Assembly (NCBI RefSeq): GCF_006345805.1 | Contig: NC_042998.1 | Location: forward strand, 52,266,001-52,330,000 | DNA length: 64,000 nt | Reading direction: 5' to 3' | Source: Octopus sinensis | Lineage: Eukaryota | Part shown: positions 37,655 through 49,679 of the stretch, one piece after another | Numbering within the stretch: position 1 is the first letter of the stretch | Layout: every line of letters begins with the position of its first letter | Position numbers and translations under genes: made by a program | The notes under the pieces: generated by a model | The model's database searches: none | Told to the model about the DNA's origin: nothing | What the model saw: only the letters and a program-made list of their open reading frames with translations

Positions 37655-37715
<61 letters not shown>

Positions 37716-37759
37716 TATATATATATATAATATATATATATATATACACATGTATATAG

Positions 37760-37955
37760 TTGGAATTTATAAAAACAAAAAAGAACAAAAGACGAAGACA
37801 AGTGTGTAAACAACAAACAGGTGCATTAGTTTAATGCTCAGGAAGGTGAGAAAGTCTTTTACATTTTGAGCCTATGCTCTTCAACCGAAAGGAACATGAG
37901 AAAATAAACAGAGAGAATGAAAAAGTTTAGTGGCTAGCGGTCAATCATGGCAATA
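37760..37955 (-). mobile_element. Decayed copy of the 61050-61260 element (hammerhead core mutated)
   Basis: aaagtcttttacattttgagcctatgctcttcaaccgaaagg vs aagtcttttacgtttcgagcctacgctcttcgacagaaag at 61150. Confidence 0.75.
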
Positions 37956-38013
37956 ATATACATATATATATATATATATATAATCAAAATAAACAACAGT
38001 ATATCAAGTAGTG

Positions 38014-38101
38014 ATGCAGTACGACAGTTTCAAGTGGCTCTATTTAATTGAACAATGCAACCATTACATCAATTTAAAAGCAGTGCCATCATCAGCTGCA
38101 C
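38014..38101 (-). ncRNA. Type I hammerhead motif with long stem II (GUA triplet)
   Basis: Minus strand GTGCAG-CTGATGA-[57 nt]-GAAAC-TGTC-GTA-CTGCAT; 6-bp stem I. Confidence 0.68.
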
Positions 38102-39210
38102 AAATAAATAGAATTTTAACCAGTTGGACACATTAGTATAATTTTTCTCATATACTTTGACAGAGTAAGAAGATGGAAAAATTCATGTTGTCGCTATTGT
38201 AACTAAGAATAGACTACACTGCCAAGAATGGCAAGAAGTCCACTGGGGTCATAGTTTGTAAAGGATTGTGATTCATTTCTAATTCATTTATCTCTTTATC
38301 ACCTACTAAATGTAAGACTAGTGGAATGTGTCTGTTTAGAACGAAGGGCAAGAGTAAGTTGACAGCTCATGGCTAGATTTGGTCATAAATATTGTCATAT
38401 GTATCCCTTTTCCTCAGGGAGGAAAGAAGACATTAGGAGTGGTCAATTGGATATAAAGTAATTGTATATAAAAGGGGGCTGGTTAGGGGAAAACTCTAAA
38501 TCATGACATTAATTACCAGGTAAAGGGGCAAGACACTAATAAAACCTAGGATGTTAATATAGAGGAAATTCTATCTTAGGGTATTATGGGTGATTGTTTA
38601 TAAACAATATTGTTATGTTGTATAAAGATAAAATTTAAGATTTTCAAAAATGATATCATAACCAAATAATAGGCAAACTGTATGTATATATCAATTATAA
38701 ACATTAAAAAGGAAAGATTACATAGAATCAGTTTACTATTCTTTTATGTACTTAATTAATTAGTTATTAGGTGGTATCTGTAAAGACTGTTCAGGGAATT
38801 TACTTATGGAATACTAGAAAGATAAACATGCTATCAATATATTAATTATAAGCCAAGAATTAGAAAAATAAAGATGTGTACAGATACACACACATATTTA
38901 TATATATGCATACATGCACACATACAAAAATATTTCTATGTTTATATGGATATAGAATAACCAACTTGCATAGAATTAAGTAACTGAAAAGTATCTATTT
39001 ACAAAACAAGAAAAGTAACAATTCATAAGGGATAAGAGGTTAATAGGTTATGCACATATATGCATATATACACATATACAAATATTTTTATGTTTATATG
39101 GATATAGTATAACCACCTCATATAGAGTCAAGTAGCTGAAAAATCTCTGTTTAAAAGGAGTAACAACTTATAAGGTTAATAGGTAAGGATATCAAAATAA
39201 GAAAACAAAA

Positions 39211-39906
39211 TACCATAAATCCTCGAGTATAATCCGCATTTTTTCCCCAAAATTTAAAGGTCAAAATCCCTAGTGCGTACTATATACAAGGTTAAAAATG
39301 AAAGTTATTTTTTAAGCAATGTCCAATTCTTTATTTGCTGTCCGGCAATGTTTATTCAGATGCATTTTGTGATGGCGGGCAAGAAAATACCTTAAGCTAA
39401 GCCTGAAAGCAATGAAATCATAAAAGAAACATCCATAACTTGCAGTAAGCAACATTTATTAAAATAAAAGTATTCAGAAATAAATGAAAGTGAATCTTCT
39501 GATGTTGACTATGAATCTGACGATGACGGAGATTTACACTACAATGATGCTGACATGTTTACGGAGGAACAAATTATTTGATGCAGAAAGTGATGTTGAA
39601 TTTGAAGGATTTGAATAAATGTTTTTGCTTTGCTTTTGTAACTGATAGTGATAAATATGTAAAGGCAATTTACTTAACATTTATTTTTCCCTGATATTTT
39701 CTTTATTTTCTGTAAACAAAATGCACAAAAAAGCTACATGTTTGCATTATGTTATATATACAATAATAATAAAGGACGTTACCATATACATTTTTACAAA
39801 CCAAGGATGTTATATAGACCTCCTTGACTCAAGTTAGAGAGGTACAGCCCCCTAAAAATCCCCTGTGTCTTATACTCAAGGGGACTATACTCGAGGATTT
39901 ACAGTA
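39211..39906 (+). mobile_element. Non-autonomous Tc2/pogo-like DNA transposon
   Basis: TIRs taccataaatcctcgagtataa / ctatactcgaggatttacagta; internal acidic remnant ending ESDVEFEGFE*. Confidence 0.75.
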
Positions 39907-40669
39907 ATAGGAATTTATAGAAAATGATAATAAATACATATAACCTACATTTAAAGAGACAGGATATTAAAATTTGAGGTAGAGAAGAGATAAAGGTAAC
40001 CCGAAAAGAGATAGGTAGTTAGGTATGGGCATAGTGAGAGCAGTTAGAGGTATTCAGACAGAATAGATTTTATAAGTTGTAATGTTACAGGTGCTATTAT
40101 ACAATGATTTTATAGTTTCTAGCGGGTATATAACTAGGAGACATACTTACATAGAGTCATTACCAATATACATAATATGATCAGTAGGACAGAACATCAC
40201 AGAAAGGAAAAAATAGTGTAATTACTAAAAATATGAAGTCAGACTAACTAGGCAGGAGTTATCATGGGATAGTAATTATATATAACACACCACATACCAT
40301 AACATATAGCTTATAACATATGCAATACAATTTGATTTACCATATAACATAATATCCCATGATTTTATTATATTTAATACTAGAGGGTAAGTTTATAACA
40401 GATATGACACCAAAATTAATTTCCACCACCAAAACTCAAGTATGGCACCTACAATCGCTAATTTCGCAAATACTTAAATGTACAGGTGACACTGTGTATG
40501 CATGATACCCTTATGTCTAATCTATTATTAATTAGGTTGTTCTTGATTCTGTTGCTTATTTTGATTTCATTCACCTTCAAACTGTGTGGATAATACCAGA
40601 CTGACTTTGGTGCTTCAACTTAAGTACCTAATTCAACTGAATCTCAATTATATATATCATTATATATAT

Positions 40670-40865
40670 CAGAATCATTAGCATGCTGGGCAAAATGCTT
40701 AGCAGCATTTTGTCTGCCGTTAGGTTTTGAGTTTGAATTATGCTCAGCTCGACTTTGCCTTTTATGCTTTCAGGGTCGATAAAATTAGTACCAATTATGT
40801 ACTGGGGTCAATGTAATCGACTTAATCCCTTACCCCCAAATTTGTGCTTCCAGTAGAAAGGATTT
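40670..40865 (+). mobile_element. SINE family B
   Basis: agaatcattagcatgctgggc...ctcgactttgccttttatgctttcagggtcgataaaattagtacc. Confidence 0.8.
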
Positions 40866-40930
40866 ATTAAAGTTGAAAAATTGTAACACACTGACATTCA
40901 GATTTATTATTTTATATATAAAGTGCATTT

Positions 40931-40969
<39 letters not shown>

Positions 40970-41228
40970 ATGTATTTAAGAAAGCAAAAAATAAAACAAA
41001 AATGATAAAAGCAAAAGGTTAAATGTGTGTGTAAAAGAATTCAGTGTTCAGTATGTTGGTTCAATATATTGGTTCAGTGTTCAGTATGTTAGCCACAAGA
41101 ATTTCTTTGTGTCTCTTTCTCTCTCTCTCTTTTTCTTTCTTTCTTTCTCTCTCTCTGTGTCTATCTTTGCCACCGTCCTCACTGTCTCTATGCCCCAGCA
41201 TGAGGAATTTTTTGTACCTAACTATATA

Positions 41229-41935
41229 TATATAAATAATCAGAATAAGCAACATGGATATCCAAAGTAGTGTAGTACAATCGTTTCATGCTACTTCATT
41301 TTATTAAACACTGTAAGTGTTACATCAGTTTTAAAATGTCGTGCAATCTTCAGCCACATATAGAATTTTTTTAATTAAACGGACACTGCACATTTTTATA
41401 CTTATTTTATTTGCCAACATTACAAAGAGGGTAGATATATAGACAGAGAGGTTAATTTCATCTTTAAGAACATGGTGGTAGTATGTCCTTCTCCATCTAT
41501 AGATTTTTTATCACTGAGTTCGCTATGTTATTTAGATCTATCAGTGGGGAGGGGGTTTCTATTCTTGGTTCAATGGAGACAAACAAGAATTTGTTCTATT
41601 TATAGATAGAGGAAGGGTAGTACTAATGTCAAAGCCATAAATCCATCCTCATTTAGAGGAATTTAACTTAGGCATATTTGAATGTATTATAGCAAAAGTT
41701 AGTAGGCCGAAGTTAGTTGGGTAGGGGGAATAGAGACTACTAATGCTCTAGAGGTTTCTAATGTCCCTTACCATTTAACAGCCATAATTCTGCTTTTGAA
41801 GTTTAAATAAATATAATTTAGATAGTTTTCCAAAGGATTCCAATAAATTTTAGAATCTTATATAGGGATAAAAAATATAGAAATCATTGCACTACACTAC
41901 TTTGGATATCCTTGTTGCTTATTTTGATAATAATA
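41229..41935. mobile_element. Penelope-like fragment with a full terminal repeat and a truncated inverted copy
   Basis: 41229-41287 pairs with 41880-41933 (~52 bp, about 85% by eye); hammerhead at 41271-41358. Confidence 0.6.
41271..41358 (-). ncRNA. Type I hammerhead motif with long stem II (GUA triplet)
   Basis: Minus strand TGTGG-CTGAAGA-TTGCAC...CATTTTA...TAAAATG..GTAGCAT-GAAAC-GATT-GTA-CTACA. Confidence 0.68.
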
Positions 41936-42009
41936 ACCCCATTTGACTTATATGGATAATACCATACCAAATTCTGATGCCTTTAACTTAAGTACCATAT
42001 TCATCTGAA

Positions 42010-42064
<55 letters not shown>

Positions 42065-43197
42065 AGGCTTCAGTTTCTATCTATCAAATCCATTCACAAG
42101 GCTTTGGTCACCATGGGTCTATAGTAGAAGACATTTGTTCAAGATGTCACATAGTGGGACTGAACTTGGAACCATGTAGTTGGGAAGCTTCTTACCAAAC
42201 AGCCCCACCCACACTGTAACAACAACAACGACAACAACAACAAAAACTAAAACAAGTCACAACTAGGATTCAAAAACCTAATTATTGATTTAATTTGCTC
42301 AGAAGTTAACTGTTATATTACATCATTTTAAATAGATACTTTAATGTTAACCTTATACTTGACATAAACAGGACATTGACCATCGCATATCTCTCAATCA
42401 GTAAATGTAGCACAAAATGTTCTATGATTTCTTATTTTTATAGAAGTATACATCCTTAAGCACAGATAAAGTGGCGTTCACATAAGAAACAGAACAAAGA
42501 AAATATATACCAGTAGTTTATCAAACAGACGCACATTTACAAAGATAAAATCACGCACCAATAAAAATTTTGGAAGTTTTTCTAAATCACTCGTTTTCGT
42601 GTGGGTCGATGAGTATTTATTTAGTTCATAAAATGCTCATATTTATCAATTTTTTCCAAAGCACATAATTTTGCCAGTAAGCATGGATATCCTTCAGCAA
42701 AGTCTATAGCTAGTCAATAATGAAATAACTGAGAGTTTGGGACTGAGTTATTGATAGAATCAAGATAGACAAGACTAGAATATTGAGAGGAAAAAAAAAA
42801 CAAGTAAACAAAAAATTATGCAAAGATGTACAAAGAGAGAACAAAAATGCTTTCTGATCTTGTCAATAAAGAAAACTAACACAAAAATATCAAATGTAGA
42901 AAAGAATATATACATAATAATAATACAATGCATGTTTTTTTTCTCAATAATAATCTTTACAATATGTGTGTGTGTGTGTGTGTATGCATGCATAAATGCA
43001 CATATGTATGCAAATATATATATATATGTAAATGGAAGCGAATGTGGTGTGTGGTGGTGTGTGTCTATATACACACATATATGTATTTGTGTATGTCTAT
43101 ATATACACACACACACACACATATATACACATGCACACATATACACACGCATATACATATCTACATACATACATATATATATATACATATATGTGTA

Positions 43198-43235
<38 letters not shown>

Positions 43236-43682
43236 TGTATATATGTGTGTGTGTATGTGTGTGTACGTGTGCATATGTGTGTATATGCTTGTGTTTGTAT
43301 GTGTGCATGTGTGTGTAATCTGTACACACATCCTTACTATCATGCACACATGCACGCACGCACGCACACACACACGCACACAAATATATTTTGATTTCAC
43401 TGTTGGGACTAGTGGTTGCAAATGTAAGGTAAAATACATTATGTTTATAAACACTCTGCACACGAACTCCATAGCCTAAAACAATAGCTGAACATTTCAT
43501 GGCACACACAACAAATAATACAACATAATATGAGATAGGCATGTTTGTGCAATTAAGAAGGTTGCTTCCTAACCATGTGGTTTTGAGTTCAGTCCTGTTG
43601 CATGGCACTTTGGACAAATTTCTTTTACTACTGTTTCAGATTGACCAAAGCTTTGAGAGAGAAGAACCCTGTCATATATATA

Positions 43683-43734
<52 letters not shown>

Positions 43735-43866
43735 TAAAGGACATAATAAGTATTTTACGAGAAAAATAATTAAAAAATTAATTTACAAAGGTGTCATAAG
43801 TTCTATTATTATTATCAAAATAGTTATATTGGATAATATTAGAATTAATGACACCTTCGTAAATTA

Positions 43867-43898
<32 letters not shown>

Positions 43899-43963
43899 TA
43901 TATATACATATATATAGATGTATATTAATCGAAGTGTACAGTATCATATATCCATTACGGCCG

Positions 43964-44045
43964 ATCTTACCAATTGGTTTTGCATTAGGAGTTCAATGGT
44001 GTGTTAGGTAACATCCAATTATGTAATCCTGCACTCATCAGAGAT
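43964..44045 (-). ncRNA. Degenerate type I hammerhead motif (G12 missing)
   Basis: Minus strand ATCT-CTGATGA-GTGCAGGA...TCCTAATGCA-AAAC-CAATTG-GTA-AGAT; perfect ACCAATTGGT palindrome. Confidence 0.6.
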
Positions 44046-44795
44046 GACAGTTATAATGCACACTCACACACACACGCACATATATTCGCATGTGCATGCA
44101 TGTCAGGTGTAGTCTTTTGACTCTTCTAAGGAGAGTGTAACTCCAAATAAGAACTGTCTCTGACTGTAACAACTCATCAAACCCATGCTAACATGGAAAG
44201 TGGATGTAAAATAATGGTGGTGATGATGATGATGAGGACAACGATGATGATGAAAATGTCAATGACGATGATGACGACCTGAACATTGTCGTCATGGGAA
44301 TGATCATCATCGCCGTCGTCATCATCATCATCATCATTATCATCATCATCATTGTATATACAACAATAGTTGCGCACAACATGATATCTGTAGCAATTCC
44401 TGAAAGTATTATATATTATGCACAACAATAACGAAGCACTATGACCAAACGCATCATAATGTGTACAACAATAATTGAACACACCATTATAATATACCAA
44501 CATGATTAAATTCAACAATAACACATCACAGCACGATGTTTGAAATAATAACAATTGACCACCACAACAGTGCATAAGCAATAACTGTACACAGTGATAT
44601 TGTACAATACACATCCTATTGTCTTAATACACAGAAAATGCTGAACTTTGTTACTGATATTACATTAGTGATATCAATGCTCTGCTGACATTAGAACATG
44701 TTAACATTCTTTAGTATAACAGCATTGCAGATTATAATATTCATCATCATCATCATCATCATCATTTAATGTCCACTCTCCATGGGTTAGGTCAG

Positions 44796-44945
44796 GGGTT
44801 CTCAACCATTTTTTATTTATGGACCTCTTTGATAACTATTTTATTCTGGTGGACTCCCACAGCCATTCGATGTTTAAAAACTAGCATTTTAGAAATGTCT
44901 TTTAAAATTTCTATTTTGTTTTCCACACATTAACCTGTATAAGTT
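44796..44945 (+). mobile_element. hAT-like MITE end
   Basis: caggggttctcaacc terminal motif typical of Charlie/hAT MITEs. Confidence 0.5.
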
Positions 44946-44954
44946 GAACTATAG

Positions 44955-45680
44955 GCGTAAGAGAGGCTGTGTGGTAAGTATAGGCGTAGGAGTAGCTGTG
45001 TGGTAAGTAGCTTGCTTACCAACCACATGGTTCTGGGTTCAGTCCCACTGCGTGGTAACTTTGGTAAGTGTTTTCTACTATAGCCTTGGGCCGACCAAAG
45101 ACTTGTGAGTGGATTTGGTAGACGGAAACTGAAAGAAGCCCGTCATATACATGTATATATATATATATGTGTGTGTATGTGTGCATATATATTCCACGGT
45201 CGGATTGGTGTATGGCTGTTGCCAGCCTCGCCTGGCACCTGTGCAGGTGGCACGTAAAAAGCACCCACTACACTCATGGAGTGGTTGGCGTTAGGAAGGG
45301 CATCCAGCTGTAGAAACATTGCCAGATTAGACTGGAGCCTGGTGCAGCCTTCTGGCTTCCCAGAACCCCGGTCGAACCGTCCAACCCATGCTAGCATGGA
45401 GAACGGACGTTAAACGATGATGATGATGATGATGATATATATGTATGTGTGTGTGTATATGTTTGTGTGTCTGTGTTTGTCCTCCCAACATTACTTGACA
45501 ACCAATGCTGGTATGTTACATCCCCATAACTTAGAGGTTTGGCAAAAGAAACTGATAGAGTAAGTACTAGACTTACAAAGAATAAGTCCTGGGGTCGATT
45601 TGCTTGACTAAAGGCGGTGCTCCAGCATGGCCACAGTCAAATGACTGAAACAAGTAAAAGAGTAAAAGAGTAAAGAGTAT
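44955..45680 (+). mobile_element. SINE family A with an RTE tail (45195-45435) nested in its internal microsatellite
   Basis: Head ggcgtaggagtagctgtgtggtaag (partly duplicated), RTE tail with gatgatgat, SINE 3' end agtaaaagagtaaaagag. Confidence 0.88.
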
Positions 45681-46361
45681 GTAAAACATTAGAGAAAGGA
45701 GCCTAAATGTTTTTTGCCATACATACCAAGGCATCCAGTTATAAAAATCATGCCAAAACAGACAATTTGGTGTCCATTGTCCAATCTTTCATCAGAATGA
45801 ACTAAAACAGACCAGGAAAATACACATGGATAGAAGAGTTGCTGAAGAGGTCACAAATGTGTGATGAAAGATTTCCAGACAATAGACATAGGATAAAATA
45901 ATAATAATAATAATAAACAAGTGAAGAATGAATACATAGTGCAATGACTATCTTGAAATATATTAATATTGTGTTTTCTTTTCCTTTTATGCAAACTGTG
46001 AAATTTAGCCCAAACACCCTGGAATATCACCTCTGACATTCATTTACAGCCACTCAAATTGGATTCTGGTAGTGTATTGTAATATCTGATTCCATCAATC
46101 AAATCATTTACATTAATGTAGACTAAACCATCACTCACTAATACATAAAATCTGATATAAAAACTTAAAGCATTTATAAACTTCACCATCATTCCTAATA
46201 ACTCCAGTAAAAACTCACTTCTAACAGATATATCTATCTACATATGATTTTGTTCACGTCAGTGTGTGGTGGCTGTGCATGTGTGCACATATGTATGTGT
46301 GTGTGTGTGTATATATATATATATGTGTGTGTGTTGTGTATGTACACATATATATATATAT

Positions 46362-46437
<76 letters not shown>

Positions 46438-46526
46438 CATACATACATACATACATACATACGTATATATATATATAATATATATAGATATATATATATA
46501 TCTGTCTGTCTGTCTTTCTGCCTGCT

Positions 46527-46560
<34 letters not shown>

Positions 46561-46574
46561 CATATATATATATA

Positions 46575-46762
46575 TGGCACGTAAAAAACACCCACTACAC
46601 TCGCGGAGTGGTTGGCGTTAGGAAGGGCATCCAGCTGTAGAAACACTGCCAGATCTGACTGGGCCTGACGAAGCCTTCCAGCTTCACAGACCCCAGTTGA
46701 CCCGTCCAACCCATGCTAGCATGGAAAACGGACGCTAAACGATGATGATGATGATGATGATA
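46575..46762 (+). mobile_element. RTE 3' tail fragment inserted in (TA)n
   Basis: ggcacgtaaaaaacacccactacactcgcggagtgg...aaacgatgatgatg. Confidence 0.85.
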
Positions 46763-47239
46763 TATACAGACACACACACGCACTAAATATATTTATTATA
46801 TCTGTTGGTTTTCCATTTTTAGGCAACACGTAATGGTTCCCTTTGATATTAGTTTTGTTTATATCGTTATTTTTCCCCAAGAAATGGAACTAGATTTTTT
46901 TTTAACTTTATATTTTTATTTTCTACTTTTTTCTGTTTTTTTTTTTATCCTTTTCATGGAAATCGAAATATTGAAATATTTTCCTGTTTACCTCTCTAAA
47001 AGAATACATTTCTCCTACCCAAGTCTCTCTCTCTTTAACATTCTCCTACCCCACCCCAATTTTCTTACTATTTCCTCCATCGCTTTATTTACTCTGATGT
47101 CAGACAGTAATCATGTTTTCTTCCATAAATTGTAAAATTCTCAAAGATATGTTTTGGCAAATGGCAGCTATTTTGTGTTTTAATTAATTACAAGTATATT
47201 TTCCTCCAACTTCTCCTCCTCGTCCCCATAGTTGTTGTC

Positions 47240-48275
47240 ATCATCATCATCATCAAACATCTGTTCTCCCTCCTGGTTTGAGAGGAGCCGGCCAGTTGAA
47301 GAGCTGTCTGGGCTCCATGTCTGTTTTGTTAAGGTTTCTATGGTTAGATGCCCTTCCTAACACCAACCATTTCACAGAATGTACTGGGTGCTTTTACACA
47401 GCATATGTACAGGCGTCTTTATGTGCCACTGGCATGGGTGCGAGCTGGCAGAAACGTTAGTGTGCCGGGAGAAATGCTTAGTGGTATTTCGTTCTGAGTT
47501 CAAATTCCGCAGAGATCAACTTTGCCTTTCATCCTTTCGGGGTCAATTAAATAAGTACCAGTTACGCACTGGGGTCGATAAAATCGACTTAATCCGTTTG
47601 TCTGTCCTTGTTTGTCCTTTCTGTGTTTAGCCCCTTGTGGATAGTAAAGAAATAGGTATTTTGTCTGTCTTTATGTTCTGAGTTTAAATTCCGCCAAAGT
47701 TGACTTTGCCTTTCATCCCTTCGGGGTTGATAAATTAAGTACCAGTTGTGTACTGGGGTAGATCTAATCGACTGGCCACCTCCCCCAAAATTTCGGGGCT
47801 TGTGCCTAGAAAAGAATAGACATGGGTGCTTTTTATGAGGAACCATCACCCACAAGCCCACAAGATTAGGATTGCTCAGCTGAAGATAGATTCAAGGGAC
47901 ATGTCTGTATGTAAGGACACAATTTCACTTAGCTTGACATATCTTCTGAAGCACAGAAAACCACTAGAAGTTTCCGTCCTCTCTCATCCCCTCTGTGAAG
48001 CCTAACATCTGAAGCTACTTTGTCAGCACTTCATCCCATGTTTTCCTGGGTCTACCCCTTTCACTCATTCCGCCTGCAGTGAGAGATCAGCACTTCTTGA
48101 TGCAGCTGTCTTCATTCATATGCATTACATGACCATACCATCATATTCTTCTCATTTACATACTTCATCTGATGCCTTGTGTTCCTAGTTTTTCTCTAAA
48201 ATCCCTTACACTTTCTTGTATATGCACACTGACATTATCCATCCAGCAGAACATACTGACTTCATTTTATCTTGG
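47240..48275 (-). mobile_element. Degraded RTE LINE 3' portion interrupted by the SINE dimer
   Basis: tcccatgttttcctgggtctacccc (GRPRKTW on minus strand), cacactgacattatccatccagc; tail at 47240-47440. Confidence 0.7.
47441..47820 (+). mobile_element. Dimeric SINE family B (two cores joined by a linker)
   Basis: Cores at ~47515 and ~47695; linker ttaatccgtttgtctgtcc...gtaaagaaataggtatt. Confidence 0.85.
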
Positions 48276-48520
48276 AAATAATTTAGAATCCGTTTTTTTT
48301 TTTCCTTTTTTTTCTTCAGCAATTGTTGTTATTCAAGACAGTATCATTGTTTTGGTTTTGTTTTCAGCAATTGTGTTGGTCAGTGTTGTGATCCTCTATT
48401 GTGGTGTTGGTCAATTTAGGAATCTTCTCATGTGTTTGTCCATGTTACAATCAGTTGTTGCTGCATTGATCATGTTATGTTACGATATTGTGGCATTGAG
48501 CAGGATGTGTTCAACTATTG

Positions 48521-48567
<47 letters not shown>

Positions 48568-48587
48568 TGAGTGTGTATATATAAGAG

Positions 48588-48747
48588 ATTAAAATGACAA
48601 AGGAATTAGAAATTATGTTAGCTGTTTCTGCTATAAGATACAATGCACTCATAGGTGAATGCTTGTGCATCAACCTAGAGCTTCATCAGAGCTTCAAAAA
48701 TGAATGGTACTTCATTTTTGAAGCTCTTATTTCCTTGTCATTTTAAT
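48588..48747. mobile_element. Small foldback element with a 16-bp perfect internal hairpin
   Basis: Ends attaaaatgacaaagga / ttccttgtcattttaat; hairpin gagcttcaaaaatgaa-tggtac-ttcatttttgaagctc. Confidence 0.6.
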
Positions 48748-49679
48748 AAACTAAAAGCACCCACTACACTCTCGGAGTGGTTGGCATTAGGAAGGGCATC
48801 CAGCTGTAGAAACTCTGCCAGATCAAGATTGAAGCCTGGTGCAGCCATCTAGCTCACCAGCCCTCAGTCAATCGTCCAATCCATCCTAGCATAGAAAGCG
48901 GACGTTAAACTATGATGATGATGCCAAAGCTGACACTTGAGCTTGGCACCATTCTTTAGTTTGCTGGATCCGCTCAAACCAGCCAACTCATGCCAGCATG
49001 GAAAATGGACTTTAAATCATGATGATGACAATAATGAATACGACGACAGCAATGATGATGATGATGATGTGTGCACATGCGTGTGTGTGTGTGTGTGTGT
49101 GTGTGTGCATTCCATTGTGTTCAGTTATCACTGTCTATACAATACTGTATTCACTTATTGTTTCAGTGAAACTTTTGTGCTCATTTAATATTTTATTGGT
49201 CAAGTTATGTCCATCAATTATTTGCATTAATCATACTTTTCAGCCTTGATCAGAATGTGCTTATCCGTTGTTTATGTTCAAACAGTGTCTTGTTGATTAT
49301 GTTGCATTTATCTGTCGTTATTTTGATGTTTTAGCGTTTAACCATTGTTTTCTTGATGATATTGTGTTCAGCAATTGTTGCAGCCATTCATCATACTTTT
49401 GAACTCCTCCTAATTATCATATCTAGTTATGACTGTCCTCAGTTGCACTTATGTGAAACGAGATACGTTGTTATATGTTCAGCAAGTTGAGTTGATATTT
49501 CTCTGCAATTCTCTCATTAGGTTTCCCAATGTTAATCAGTTGAATAATTCATGCAGTAACTCTCAGAACACTGGAAATTAATTTTAAAATCTCTTTGCAC
49601 TTAGGCTGAAGAAACTGACAGCAATAAATACAGTTACAAGGAAAATAATAAAACCTTTCTGTCTGTTTATATACACAGG

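Larger units (their letters stand above)
37297..37660. mobile_element. Near-perfect palindromic element (149-bp arms, 66-bp spacer) with a hammerhead in each arm
   Basis: 37297-37445 vs 37512-37660 show two mismatches by eye; TA-flanked. Confidence 0.85.

Noticed and set aside
37981-41358. The two long-stem hammerhead repeats as paired terminal repeats of one 3.3-kb Penelope element
   Set aside because: They are too diverged from each other, and no RT or GIY-YIG frame is readable between them
45837-45880. CTGAAGA-GGTCAC..GTGAT-GAAA hammerhead-like string
   Set aside because: Stem I only 3 bp, stem III weak and non-palindromic, no repeat context; likely chance
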